DNA of 63,270 bases, filler included, from 5 parts of 5 records of this genome joined end to end with filler, not necessarily neighbours in it, one strand, 5' to 3'; counted from the whole stretch's first letter, positions 27,978 through 38,158 are shown. Numbers and translations are program-made. The notes: a model not told the origin generated them from the sequence alone.

Positions 27978-29433
27978 CCGACGTTTCCAGATAAACGGGG
28001 AAACCCCAAAGCCGCTCCACCTGCGCAAGGGTTTTTTCTGCTTCCTCGTCGTTAAGTGGGCGGCCACGACGGCTCATGTGGGTCAGGGTAAGTGAACGGT
28101 CAGTCATTCTTGCATACGATGTGACCTGAATGTCCGGGACCATGGTTTCCCGGGAATACTGGTTGGCCAGCAAGGTGCGGATGCGCCTGTAGCCCTCGTC
28201 GTTGTGTATGCAATCAATGAACAAGTCCGATTCATTCTTGTGATCGGCAATTGCAAACAGCCGGAAATCACGAATGACTTTGGGTGATAGAAATTGGCGG
28301 ATAAAGGATTCATCCTTGAAGTTGCGCATGGCAAAGTCCACAGCCTTTAACCAGTTGCCACTGCCTGCCAGTTCAGGAAACCAGCGCTTGTCTTCCTCGG
28401 TGGGCTTTTCAACCATGCGCCGTATGTCACTGAAAATGGCAAAACCCAGTGCATAGGGATTCAGGGCGCGGAATCGGCCATCCCGGGAATCGGGTTGAAA
28501 CACCACGTTGGTATGCGATGTCAAAAATTCAAGCATGAAACCATCCGAGACACGTTTTTCGTCGTACAGCGCATTCAGCAGTGTGTAGTGCCAAAAGCTG
28601 GCCCACCCTTCATTCATGACTTTGGTTTGCCCTTGCGGGTAAAAATACTGGGACATTTTGCGCACAATACGCACCAGCTCGCGTTCCCAATCGCGCAGCT
28701 TGGGCGCTTCTTTTTCAATGAAGTACAGAATGTTTTCCACAGGGTCATGTGGGTAGTTGTCTTGGCTGCGCTCGATTTGCGCCGCCTCGACAGGTGATAC
28801 CTTGGCCATGATTTCATCGTACTGGCGTCGTTTTTCCTCGGCCATGTCATCGCGCTTTACCTTCAACGAAGCTTCCGATTCATAGCGGCGCTTGTAACGG
28901 TCTACACCAAAATATTGCAGGGCATGCGCGGCATCCAACACTTCTTCGACGGCATCAAAACCGTATTTTTCCTCACATTCCATCACGTACTTTTTGGCAA
29001 ACACAAGGTAATCGATAATTGCGTCGGCCTGCGTCCACTGGCGAAACAGGTAATTGCCCTTGAAAAACGAGTTGTGCCCATAACAGGCGTGGGCAATCAC
29101 CAAGGTCTGCATGGTCATGGTGTTTTCTTCCATGAGGTAGGAAATGCAGGGGTTGGAATTGATCACCACTTCGTAAGCGAGGTTCTGCTGGCCAGTTTCG
29201 TACAGGTGTTCGTTCACGGAAAATGACTTGCCGTAGCTCCAGTGCGGATACATGACAGGCATGGCACCGCTGGAATAAGCGTCAAGCATTTGCTCGGCTG
29301 TGATCACCTCGATCTGGTTGGGAAAGAGGTCAAGCTTGAACTTGTTGGCCGCGATGTCGTGAACCTGCTCGTCGATTTCCCGAAGTAAATCGAAGGTCCA
29401 TTCATTGCCTGCCGCATCCAGTTGTCTGGTCAT
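27967..29433 (-). CDS. spoVR: SpoVR family protein (YcgB)
   Basis: YPHWSYGK, LAYEVVINSNPCISYL, AHACYGHNSFFK and QTKVMNEGWASFWH motifs. Confidence 0.95.
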   Translation of the reverse strand: MTRQLDAAGNEWTFDLLREIDEQVHDIAANKFKLDLFPNQIEVITAEQMLDAYSSGAMPVMYPHWSYGKSFSVNEHLYETGQQNLAYEVVINSNPCISYLMEENTMTMQTLVIAHACYGHNSFFKGNYLFRQWTQADAIIDYLVFAKKYVMECEEKYGFDAVEEVLDAAHALQYFGVDRYKRRYESEASLKVKRDDMAEEKRRQYDEIMAKVSPVEAAQIERSQDNYPHDPVENILYFIEKEAPKLRDWERELVRIVRKMSQYFYPQGQTKVMNEGWASFWHYTLLNALYDEKRVSDGFMLEFLTSHTNVVFQPDSRDGRFRALNPYALGFAIFSDIRRMVEKPTEEDKRWFPELAGSGNWLKAVDFAMRNFKDESFIRQFLSPKVIRDFRLFAIADHKNESDLFIDCIHNDEGYRRIRTLLANQYSRETMVPDIQVTSYARMTDRSLTLTHMSRRGRPLNDEEAEKTLAQVERLWGFPVYLETSDVH

Positions 29434-29444
29434 GCCTGCCACTC

Positions 29445-30704
29445 CTAGCGCCCAAAGGCGACTTCTCTTTTCTCAAACAAACCGCGAAACACCGGGTAGA
29501 TGTCTCGCCGATTGAACAGTTTGCGCATCGCAAAATGCCCCTCGCAACTATCCTCAAGCGGCTCGAAACTTTCCCAAAGATCGGACGCTCGCGCCATGCC
29601 GAACATCGGTGTGGGCATGGTCTCCACATAGGCGTAGTAACGCACATGCGGCATGATTTTGGAAGAGAGGTATTCCGCGCTGGCCCGCGCGTCGCGGGAT
29701 GTGGCATCGCCATCAGAGGCCTGCGCCACGTAAACGTTCCAGGCACTGCCCGGATAACGGGTTTCGATGATGTGGTGCATCAGTTCCATGGCGGGCATAA
29801 TTTCGGTACCACCGCTTTTCTTGCCGTAAAAGAAGTCTTCTTCACTGACTTCCTCGGCTTCGTCGGTGTGGCGAATGAAGACCAGCTTTACCTCTTCGTA
29901 TTTGCGGGTGAGGAACAGGTACAACAAGGTGTAGAAGCGCTTGGCGAGGTCTTTCTTGGCCTCGTCCATGGAGGCAGACACGTCCATCAAGCAAAAAATA
30001 ACGGCATTGGTCGAAGGTTCCGGGTAGGTTACGCGGTTGCGGTAACGCAGATCCACTTCGTCCAGAAATGGCACGTAGGGCTTTTTCTTTGCGTCCTCCA
30101 GCAGGTCAAGCTGACCTTTTTCCTCGTCATCGTCCTCTTCCTCTTCGTCGTCTTTGGGCTCCAGGGCAACGCGGCGCATCAGCGACGCTTTCATGGTGCG
30201 CAACACAGACAGGGAAGTGGGGGCGCCTGTTCGCGAATAACCGGCATTGCGGCTTTTCATGCGCTTGACCGATGATATTTCGCGCTTCAACAGCTCGGGC
30301 AGCTCAAGGTCATCGAAATAGAGATTCAAAAACTCTTCGCGAGACAACACAAAAGTGAAGGTGTCTTCGCCCTCGCCCTTGCCTGGCTTGCCACCGCCCT
30401 GCCCTTCACCACCGCCACTGGGGCGTGGAATGCGGTCGCCGGGCACAAAGTCGCGGTTGCCAGGAACAACATGTTCGGTGCTGCCCCCCTGACCAAAAAT
30501 AAAAGTTGGCTCGGAAACTTCGCGGGTGGGAATGCGTACTTTGACTTTGCCATCGCCGCTGACATCGGAAATGGAAGATTCACCAGCCACATCCGAGACC
30601 GCTTTTTTCAACTGCGTTTTGTAACGCCGAATAAAGCGCTCCCGGTTGGGCAAGCTTCTGTTTTTGCCGTTGAGCCTGCGATCAATAATGGTTGAATCGC
30701 CCAT
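29445..30704 (-). CDS. yeaH: YeaH/YhbH family (DUF444, vWA-like) protein
   Basis: IIDRRLNGKNRS..NRERF, MIDAS-like CLMDVSASM, FIRH, SGGT and AQASDGD motifs. Confidence 0.95.
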   Translation of the reverse strand: MGDSTIIDRRLNGKNRSLPNRERFIRRYKTQLKKAVSDVAGESSISDVSGDGKVKVRIPTREVSEPTFIFGQGGSTEHVVPGNRDFVPGDRIPRPSGGGEGQGGGKPGKGEGEDTFTFVLSREEFLNLYFDDLELPELLKREISSVKRMKSRNAGYSRTGAPTSLSVLRTMKASLMRRVALEPKDDEEEEDDDEEKGQLDLLEDAKKKPYVPFLDEVDLRYRNRVTYPEPSTNAVIFCLMDVSASMDEAKKDLAKRFYTLLYLFLTRKYEEVKLVFIRHTDEAEEVSEEDFFYGKKSGGTEIMPAMELMHHIIETRYPGSAWNVYVAQASDGDATSRDARASAEYLSSKIMPHVRYYAYVETMPTPMFGMARASDLWESFEPLEDSCEGHFAMRKLFNRRDIYPVFRGLFEKREVAFGR

Positions 30705-30731
30705 GGCAAACTCCTTATGCGTTTTGCGTGA

Positions 30732-32696
30732 TCAAGACGCCTTTTTCACGCGCAAATGCCACTCGACGAGCAGGCGAACCTGCTTCTCGGTGTATCCCTT
30801 GGCGACCATGCGGTCCACAAAGTTTTCGTGCTTTTCCTGGCTTTCTTTCGAACCTTTGTGATCGAAAGAAATAACGGGCAGCAGGTCCTCGGTTTTGGAG
30901 AACATGCTTCGCTCGATCACCTCGCGCAGCTTTTCGTAGCTTGTCCATGCGGGCATGGTGCCGGAATTGCTGGCTTGCGCACGCAGCACAAAGTTGACCA
31001 CCTCGTTTCGGAAGTCTTTGGGGTTGGCAATGCCGGCTGGCTTCTCGATGCGGTTCAGTTCATCGTTCAAGGAATCGCGGTCGAAAATCTGGCCGGTGGC
31101 CGGGTCGCGGAATTCTTCGTTCTGAATCCATTTGTCTGCAAACTGGATGTACCGTTCGAACAGGTTCTGGCCGTACTCGCTGTAACTTTCCAGATACGCA
31201 GTTTGAATTTCCTTGGCCACAAATTCGGCGTATTTGGGAGTCAGGTAGCTTTTGATGAAATCCAGGTATTTTCGGGTTTGCTCCTCGGGCAGGTTGTCCT
31301 TGATGACTTGCTGTTCAAGCACGTAGAGCAAGTGCACAGGGTTTGCAGCCACTTCCTGGTGGTCAAAGTTGAACACCTTCGACAATACTTTGTAAGCCCA
31401 GCGGGTGGACGAACCATTCATGCCTTCATCCGGGCCGGATTGGTCGCGGTATTCCTGAATCGGCTTGGCGTGCGGGTCTACGTCCTTCAGGTTTTCACCG
31501 TCGTATACGCGCATTTTGCTGAACAGATTGCTGTTGGCAGGTTCCTTCAAGCGGGTCAGCACGCTGAACTGCGCCATCATGTTCAGTGTTCCTGGGGCGC
31601 ACGATGCATGATGCAAGGAAGAGTTTTCCAGCAGTTTTTCGTAAATTTTGACTTCTTCAGACACGCGCAGGCAGTACGGCACTTTCACGATATAAACCCG
31701 GTCGAGAAACGCCTCGTTGGTTTTGTTGTTGCGAAACTGTTGCCATTCCGATTCGTTGCTGTGCGCCAGAATAATGCCGTCGAAGGGGATAGAGCCAAAG
31801 CCTTCTGTGCCTTTGAAGTTGCGTTCCTGCGTGGCAGTCAGCAAGGGGTGCAGCATCTTGATGGGTGCCTTGAACATTTCCACAAATTCAAGTAAACCCT
31901 GGTTGGCCAGGCACAGGCCACCACTGAAGCTGTAGGCATCAGGGTCATCCTGGCTGAACTGGTTCAACATGCGAATGTCGACTTTGCCCACCAAGGCGGA
32001 AATGTCCTGGTTGTTCTCATCACCGGGTTCGGTTTTGGTGATTGCAATTTGATTCAGAGTGGAAGGCATTAAGCGAACCACGCGGAATTTTCGCAAATCG
32101 CCGCCAAATTCATCGAGGCGCTTGGTGGCCCATGGGCTGGCAATGCCGGTCAGGTACCGGCGTGGAATACCGTATTTGTCTTCCAGTGAAGCACCAAACT
32201 GAACAGGATCAAACAAACCCAACGGCGATTCATTGACAGGCGAACCTTTGAGTGCATAGATGGGTTGTTGCTCCATCAGGGCCTTCAGGCGCTCTGCCAA
32301 GGAAGATTTGGCACTTCCTACTGGCCCAAGCAGATAAAGCACCTGCTTGCGCTCTTCAAGGCCTTGGGCGGCATGCCGGAAGTAGGCGACGATGTTTTCG
32401 ATCACCTCTTCCATGCCGTAAAATTCTTTGAACGAGGGGTAGCGGCGCACGACGCGGTTGGCGAAAATTCGTGAAAGCCGTGGATCATGCCGGGTGTTGA
32501 TAACCTCGGGTTCACCAATGGCGTGCAGCATGCGCTCCGCTGCGCTGGCGTATGTAAGCGGATCGGTTTTACACAGTTCGAGATATTCTTCAAGGCTCAT
32601 CTCGGTTTGCTGCAAGGATGCAAACCGGGATTGAAACTGACCAAAAATGTCAGAATTACCGGAATTCGAATCACGTTTCTCAAGCTCTGTGTTCAT
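30732..32696 (-). CDS. prkA: PrkA/YeaG family AAA+ serine protein kinase
   Basis: LLGPVGSAKSS, KTEPGDENNQDIS, EFVEMFK and AHSNE motifs. GGAGG RBS before ATG 32696. Confidence 0.96.
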   Translation of the reverse strand: MNTELEKRDSNSGNSDIFGQFQSRFASLQQTEMSLEEYLELCKTDPLTYASAAERMLHAIGEPEVINTRHDPRLSRIFANRVVRRYPSFKEFYGMEEVIENIVAYFRHAAQGLEERKQVLYLLGPVGSAKSSLAERLKALMEQQPIYALKGSPVNESPLGLFDPVQFGASLEDKYGIPRRYLTGIASPWATKRLDEFGGDLRKFRVVRLMPSTLNQIAITKTEPGDENNQDISALVGKVDIRMLNQFSQDDPDAYSFSGGLCLANQGLLEFVEMFKAPIKMLHPLLTATQERNFKGTEGFGSIPFDGIILAHSNESEWQQFRNNKTNEAFLDRVYIVKVPYCLRVSEEVKIYEKLLENSSLHHASCAPGTLNMMAQFSVLTRLKEPANSNLFSKMRVYDGENLKDVDPHAKPIQEYRDQSGPDEGMNGSSTRWAYKVLSKVFNFDHQEVAANPVHLLYVLEQQVIKDNLPEEQTRKYLDFIKSYLTPKYAEFVAKEIQTAYLESYSEYGQNLFERYIQFADKWIQNEEFRDPATGQIFDRDSLNDELNRIEKPAGIANPKDFRNEVVNFVLRAQASNSGTMPAWTSYEKLREVIERSMFSKTEDLLPVISFDHKGSKESQEKHENFVDRMVAKGYTEKQVRLLVEWHLRVKKAS

Positions 32697-32794
32697 GATG
32701 TCCTCCTGCACAACGCTCTTTTGCTTTCGCCTTTTTACTTTGGCCGTGAATCTATTTCGCGCCCAAAGCAATCAATTTCATCCATCGAAAAAGT

Positions 32795-32810
32795 TGCAAA
32801 AAACAGGCCA
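32795..32810 (-). promoter_or_regulatory. Sigma-54 (-24/-12) promoter of prkA-yeaH-spoVR
   Basis: The minus strand reads TGGCCTGTTTTTTGCA (GG-N10-GC), about 100 nt upstream of the prkA start. Confidence 0.75.
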
Positions 32811-32901
32811 GCTTGTTTGTTTACATTATTGTGCTGTTTTGGTGCTTGCAACACTTTTTCAATCAACTGTCCATACCACTATCTTCCTGACCATGGGGTT
32901 T

Positions 32902-34701
32902 TTAAACCCCTGAAGTAATTAGAGTCTCTCGTTTGGTTAGACGCCATACGGTTTGAGAAATTTCACGCCTTGTGAAATTTTCTTTGGCGTTTTCTTCTGA
33001 AAACTCCAGTACGTTCATGACAACGCCTTTTTTGGCCAACACGCCGGGCATGTCGTCTAGCCGGTACTGTTTGCGCAACAACTCAAACATGGGTTTGTCG
33101 ATGGCAATCGACCTTCCCTGTTGGATATGTGACGCAATTGACTTGATTAATTCCTTCTGCGTGTCAATTTCAGACAATTTATTGAATTCCAGTACAAAAC
33201 CGTGTTTGCGAAGGCGATTGACGAAACGGGAAGGCTTGAGCCGGCCAGAGAGTACAATCGTCATTTCCATCGGCAACGCCGCCAGGCGAAGCAAATAATT
33301 TTCATGGAGCAACGTGGGGAAAACAATCAAGTTGCCCCCCTTCTCGCCCAAGTGGTCCAGGTTTTCAATGTGTGGCAAATATTTGCCAGGTACTTTGAAC
33401 AACAGCTGCGCACGCAGCACCACGTAAGGTTGCTTGGCAACCCACAGCCCCAACACGATCACATTGATCACGGTGACAGCGGCAAAAACCCAAAGCACCT
33501 GCCCTTTCATGGCCAGCAAAATGGCAATCGCAAACCCGGCGGAAACCACCATGAAAAATGAGTTGATGATGTTGTTGGCCGATACCACCCGCGAACGGCT
33601 TTCCTTGGGGGCAAAGGCCTGCATGGTGGCGTACAGGGGTACGCTGTACAAACCAACACCGATACTGATGAGGACAAACAAACCCAGCACAGCCAGGTTG
33701 TTGAACTGGCTGAAGAAGGCAAATACGGTTTGCTGTGCTGCACTGGTTTGATAGGCAACAAGTACGGCGTGCAACAGGATGCCCGCAAGAATCATGACCA
33801 TCAAACCACACAACACCAAACCCATTTCAATGCGCTTGCGAGACCACTTTTCACACAAAAAGGCACCAATACCCAAACCAACTGTGAACGCAAACAACAA
33901 GACCGTGGCCACGCCTGCGCTGGCATTCAAAAGGGTTTTGGACAACAGTGGAAACTGGGTAAGGTAGGTTGCCCCCACAAACCACAACCAAGAAATTCCC
34001 AACAGGGCGGGCCAGACAGTTGGCAATTGCGTGGCAAAGCGCACATTGCGCCAGGTCTCGGTGAACAGGTTCCAGTTCACACGTAAATCAGCGCAATGTG
34101 AAGGCGTTAAGGGCATACGCTGTGCCTGATACACACCCACCAAAGCCACCACGAAACCAAAGCCGCAAACGATGTAAACAACAGCGTTGCCGGCTTCTTG
34201 ACTCATCAAGCTGCCCGCAGCAATCGTGCCCAACAATATGGCCATGAAGGTGGCTGATTCCACCAGTGCATTGGCCATCACCAGTTCACTGGATTTCATG
34301 TGTTCCGGCAAATAGGCGTACTTGGCTGGGCCAAAAAATGCTGACTGGGTGCCAAGTAGAAAAACGCCGAGAATCAGGAGTTCAACCGAGTTCAGCAGGA
34401 AACCCGCTGCGGTGATGAGTACGATGGGCGGTTCAAGCCATTTGGCCAAACGCATTACTTTTGTTTTGTCGTATTTGTCGGCAAGCTGCCCGCTGGTCGC
34501 GGAGAAAATAACAAAAGGAAGAATGAACAATGCTGCGATCAGATTGATCAGCAAACCGGGGGAGAAACTGCCACGAAGCGCATCGTTGTAGGTCACTGCA
34601 AGCGTGACAGCGAATTTCAAAAGATTGTCGTTGAACGCGCCCAAAAACTGCGTCCAGAAAAATGCGCCAAAACGATTGTCACGAATCAATTGAATTGCCA
34701 T
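32902..34701 (-). CDS. LplT/Aas-like MFS transporter with C-terminal degenerate acyltransferase-like domain
   Basis: FWTQFLGAFNDN, GQLADKYDK, FFGPAKY, GISWLWF and RSRVVSANNIINS motifs, then a soluble C-terminal extension. Start at ATG 34701. Confidence 0.85.
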   Translation of the reverse strand: MAIQLIRDNRFGAFFWTQFLGAFNDNLLKFAVTLAVTYNDALRGSFSPGLLINLIAALFILPFVIFSATSGQLADKYDKTKVMRLAKWLEPPIVLITAAGFLLNSVELLILGVFLLGTQSAFFGPAKYAYLPEHMKSSELVMANALVESATFMAILLGTIAAGSLMSQEAGNAVVYIVCGFGFVVALVGVYQAQRMPLTPSHCADLRVNWNLFTETWRNVRFATQLPTVWPALLGISWLWFVGATYLTQFPLLSKTLLNASAGVATVLLFAFTVGLGIGAFLCEKWSRKRIEMGLVLCGLMVMILAGILLHAVLVAYQTSAAQQTVFAFFSQFNNLAVLGLFVLISIGVGLYSVPLYATMQAFAPKESRSRVVSANNIINSFFMVVSAGFAIAILLAMKGQVLWVFAAVTVINVIVLGLWVAKQPYVVLRAQLLFKVPGKYLPHIENLDHLGEKGGNLIVFPTLLHENYLLRLAALPMEMTIVLSGRLKPSRFVNRLRKHGFVLEFNKLSEIDTQKELIKSIASHIQQGRSIAIDKPMFELLRKQYRLDDMPGVLAKKGVVMNVLEFSEENAKENFTRREISQTVWRLTKRETLITSGV

Positions 34702-34738
34702 GCATTGAGCATAGCGCAAAATATTCGATGCGAGTAAC

Positions 34739-34769
34739 AAAAAAGGGCCTTGCTTTGGCAAGGCCCTTT
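34739..34769 (-). terminator. Rho-independent terminator of fadE
   Basis: AAAGGGCCTTGC-TTTG-GCAAGGCCCTTT, with a U-tract on the minus strand. Confidence 0.8.
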
Positions 34770-34817
34770 GGTGTTTTCACGACAACTGAACTGCGGTGAA
34801 AAACTTCTTATTTAAAA

Positions 34818-37313
34818 TCAAGCAGCTGCCTTGTATTCAGTCACAGGCTTGGCTTCAATGATTTCATCGGGAATTTGACCGTTGGTACGCAGATAATCCT
34901 TGCTGAAATCATCGGTCAAAATTGCATCGAAACGAATCGGCTCGAATTCCCGGATACCCTGGGCCAAATCCGGGCTGATCAGGTTCTTTGCAACCGCATC
35001 TTTCAACTGATCTTCAAGACCCTCACCGCTTACCTTGCCTGATGAAACTGCTTTCAGGAAGTTGCTGTAACCCGGCTCAATCGACAACAATTTGTCGGCT
35101 GCTTCCAGAATTCGGCCGGTTGGATCGGACAGACCCTCGCCCACAAACACCTTGTCCAGCAAACGTTCTGCAAACGCGTTGCGGGTCATCAGCAATTCTG
35201 CAACTTCAGCGTTGGTTTTGTCGCTTGGGCCTTTGGTTTTGCCCATACCCAAGGGGTAAACCACGAAATTCAGCATGGCACCAACAGCTTTGTTGGGGAA
35301 ATTGCGGTTGAATTCGCTAAACGCCTTGTCAATCTCGAACAGGGAATCTTCAATCGCCCATTGCGCATGTGGAAGTTCATCGGCCAAGCGGCCGTTGGTT
35401 TCAAAATACTTCAACACGGCTGTGGCCATGTACAGGTGGCTCAACACGTCTCCAAGACGGGCTGAAAGACGTTCACGGCGCTTCAGTTCACCACCCAGTA
35501 CGCCCATGGCCACGTCGGCAGTGAAAGCCAAGGCTGCTGAACGGCGTTCGATGGCTTTGGCATACGCCGCCATTGGGCCACTTACCGGGCTTTTCGCCAA
35601 GCGGTTGCCCGTCAGGCCCAACAAGAGGGCACGCATGGCGCGGTTGAAAATATGACCCAAGTGACCAAAGAATGCTTTGTCGAAATCGCGCAGACCTTCG
35701 GCTTTGTTGGGGTTCTGGGCGGCCTGCATTTCTTTCAGCACCCAGGGGTGGCAGCGAATGGCACCCTGACCAAACACGATCAGGTTGCGCGTCATGATAT
35801 TCGCGCCTTCAACCGTGATGGCCACCGGCATGGCCTGATAGGCTTGACCCAGGTAGTTGCGTGGGCCAAGAATAACCGTGCGCCCACCATGAACATCCAT
35901 CGAACGAAGAATGATTTCGCGCATCATTTCTGTCATGTGGTATTTCATCATGGCCGTGACAACGGAAGGTGCACATTCGGCACAGGCAGTTGCAGTCAGC
36001 ACGCGGGATGCTTCCAGTTTGTAGGTCAGGCCACCGATTTTTCCGGTCGCTTCCTGAACACCTTCAAAACGGCCAATTGGCATTTTGAATTGGCGACGAA
36101 TGCGTGCGTACGCACCAGTGGCCAGGTACATGCCCCACCCAGAAGCAGCAGACAAGGCTGGCAATGAAATGCCACGGCCTGCGGACAGGCATTCAACCAG
36201 CATTCTCCAGCCCTTGCCAGCCATCTCGCGGCCACCAATGATGGACGACAGCGGAACGTAAACATCGTTGCCGATGATGGGGCCGTTCATGAACACAGAA
36301 CCCGGGAAGTGGCGACGACCAATTTGCACATTGGGCGTGTTGGCAGGCAACAATGCACAGGTAATGCCGTAGTCCACTTTGTTTTTGTCGCCCAACAAAC
36401 CTTGCGGGTCTTTGAGTTTGAACGCCAAACCCACCACTGTGGCCACAGGTGCCAGGGTGATGTAGCGCTTGCTGAAATTCAACACAATGCCAAGTTCTTC
36501 TTTGCCATCCACCACGCGCTTTACAACCACGCCGGTGTCAGGAATTGCAGAGGCGTCTGAGCCTACTTCGGGACCAGTCAAACCGAAACAGGGAATTTCA
36601 CGACCGTCCACCAAACGTGGCAGCCAGTAGTCTTTCTGTTCTTGCGTGCCATAGTGCATGATCAACTCGCCCGGGCCCAATGAGTTTGGAACCATGACGG
36701 TGACAGATGCAGTCAGTGAACGGGTTGCTATTTTCGCAACCACGCAGCTTTGTGCGTAGGGGGAGAAACCCAAACCACCGTGTTCTTTGGCGATCAGCAT
36801 GGCGAAGAATTTATTCTTGCCCATGAAGCTCCAAACTTCTTGTGGAAGGTCTTTCAGCTCGAAGGTGATTTTCCAGTCGTCGAGCATTTTGCACAACTCT
36901 TCGGTCTCGTTGTCGAGATAGGATTTTTCATCAGCAGTCAGCTCGGTGTACTTCACGTTCATCAGCTTGGACCAGTCTGGCTTACCGCCAAACATTTCGG
37001 CCTCCCACCAGGTATCGCCGGCTTCCAGCGCATCTTTCTCGGTGGGGCTCATGGCTGGCAGCGCTTTGCTGAAGGCCTTGAAAATGGGTGCGGTCAACAC
37101 GCTGCGGCGCAGGCTGGATACGTTCAGCACCACTGCGATAGGCAGGTAGATTGCGGCGAATACGATCAGACCGAATTCACCAAAACCACCCAAGGCGTAG
37201 AAACCAAGTGCAGAGGCGCCAATTGCGGCGGTGAAGGTCAGCAGGTTTGCGCTGCGGTAAATCAAACCGATCAACACAAGGGCTGAAAAAACGGCGAAAA
37301 GTGAATTTGACAT
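34818..37313 (-). CDS. fadE: Acyl-CoA dehydrogenase FadE (long form, DUF1974 C-terminus)
   Basis: N-terminal TM; TVMVPNSLGPGEL, PCFGLTGPEVGSDA, KRYITLAP, ECLSAGRGISLP and ITVEGANIMTR motifs. Confidence 0.95.
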   Translation of the reverse strand: MSNSLFAVFSALVLIGLIYRSANLLTFTAAIGASALGFYALGGFGEFGLIVFAAIYLPIAVVLNVSSLRRSVLTAPIFKAFSKALPAMSPTEKDALEAGDTWWEAEMFGGKPDWSKLMNVKYTELTADEKSYLDNETEELCKMLDDWKITFELKDLPQEVWSFMGKNKFFAMLIAKEHGGLGFSPYAQSCVVAKIATRSLTASVTVMVPNSLGPGELIMHYGTQEQKDYWLPRLVDGREIPCFGLTGPEVGSDASAIPDTGVVVKRVVDGKEELGIVLNFSKRYITLAPVATVVGLAFKLKDPQGLLGDKNKVDYGITCALLPANTPNVQIGRRHFPGSVFMNGPIIGNDVYVPLSSIIGGREMAGKGWRMLVECLSAGRGISLPALSAASGWGMYLATGAYARIRRQFKMPIGRFEGVQEATGKIGGLTYKLEASRVLTATACAECAPSVVTAMMKYHMTEMMREIILRSMDVHGGRTVILGPRNYLGQAYQAMPVAITVEGANIMTRNLIVFGQGAIRCHPWVLKEMQAAQNPNKAEGLRDFDKAFFGHLGHIFNRAMRALLLGLTGNRLAKSPVSGPMAAYAKAIERRSAALAFTADVAMGVLGGELKRRERLSARLGDVLSHLYMATAVLKYFETNGRLADELPHAQWAIEDSLFEIDKAFSEFNRNFPNKAVGAMLNFVVYPLGMGKTKGPSDKTNAEVAELLMTRNAFAERLLDKVFVGEGLSDPTGRILEAADKLLSIEPGYSNFLKAVSSGKVSGEGLEDQLKDAVAKNLISPDLAQGIREFEPIRFDAILTDDFSKDYLRTNGQIPDEIIEAKPVTEYKAAA

Positions 37314-37693
37314 ATTAATTACCTCTTGAATGCCATCTAAGTTACTTAAGCGTAACATGCGCCATCAGTGAACAACTGTCAACCTCATTGCACCAAAAAA
37401 ACACCGACTTTTCTAGAGCTTCAATTCGAAAAGAACAACCTCAACTGCGCTGCAACGCAACATAATCGACAAGAAAAAATTACAAAACGTTCTTGTCAAG
37501 AAGGACACATATCGATGCCTCACTGCTTTGCAGTGCAACACTGCAGGTGATTACAACAAACCAGAAGTTACAAGATTTGACAAGCCAGCATTCAGGCGCA
37601 CCGCAGATACTCAATCGGGCTAACAAGCGCGCCAATTAACCGATACACTTCACCTCGTGCAGTACAACATTCATCAAAAAAAGCGAGGGGAAC

Positions 37694-38158
37694 ATGCCGG
37701 TTAATGTGAACGTGAAAATTGAAAAGTCTTTTAAAGTAGCTTGCAGTGCAAAAAAAGCATTTGATCAACTTTCTGATGTCGCAGACACCGTGGCATTGTT
37801 TCCGAAGCTCGACAAAATCGTGAATCTGGGCGATGAAGTTTGGCGCTGGGAAATGGCCAAAATTGGCGCAGCCGGTATTTCGCATCAAGTGAAGTACACC
37901 GTCAAATACAACAACGATGGCAAAACCAAAATTGACTGGAACCCGGCCCCCGGTGATGGCAATGCCACTGTTTCAGGTGGTTGGGTGATTAAAGAAGACA
38001 GCCCGAAAGCCTGCACAATTGCATTTCGCTCGACTGGCGAATTTGAAATGCCAGTGCCGCGCCTGATGAAGGGCATCGCCGAGGGTATTGTGAAATCGGA
38101 ATTCGACGCGCAGGTGGGAACTTTTCTGGATCGCGTGAAGGCCAAACTGGAATCTTGA
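37694..38158 (+). CDS. SRPBCC/CoxG-like (START fold) protein
   Basis: 154 aa with the beta-alpha pattern of polyketide cyclase/SRPBCC folds and a C-terminal long helix. GAGGGG RBS. Confidence 0.7.
   Translation: MPVNVNVKIEKSFKVACSAKKAFDQLSDVADTVALFPKLDKIVNLGDEVWRWEMAKIGAAGISHQVKYTVKYNNDGKTKIDWNPAPGDGNATVSGGWVIKEDSPKACTIAFRSTGEFEMPVPRLMKGIAEGIVKSEFDAQVGTFLDRVKAKLES

Noticed and set aside
30756..31895. 379-aa antisense ORF over prkA
   Set aside because: Shadow frame of a well-conserved gene, with no recognisable motifs.
32830..32846. Possible NtrC enhancer (…TTTTGGTGCT) near the sigma-54 promoter
   Set aside because: Only one half-site matches, and it lies too close to the -24 element for a typical enhancer.
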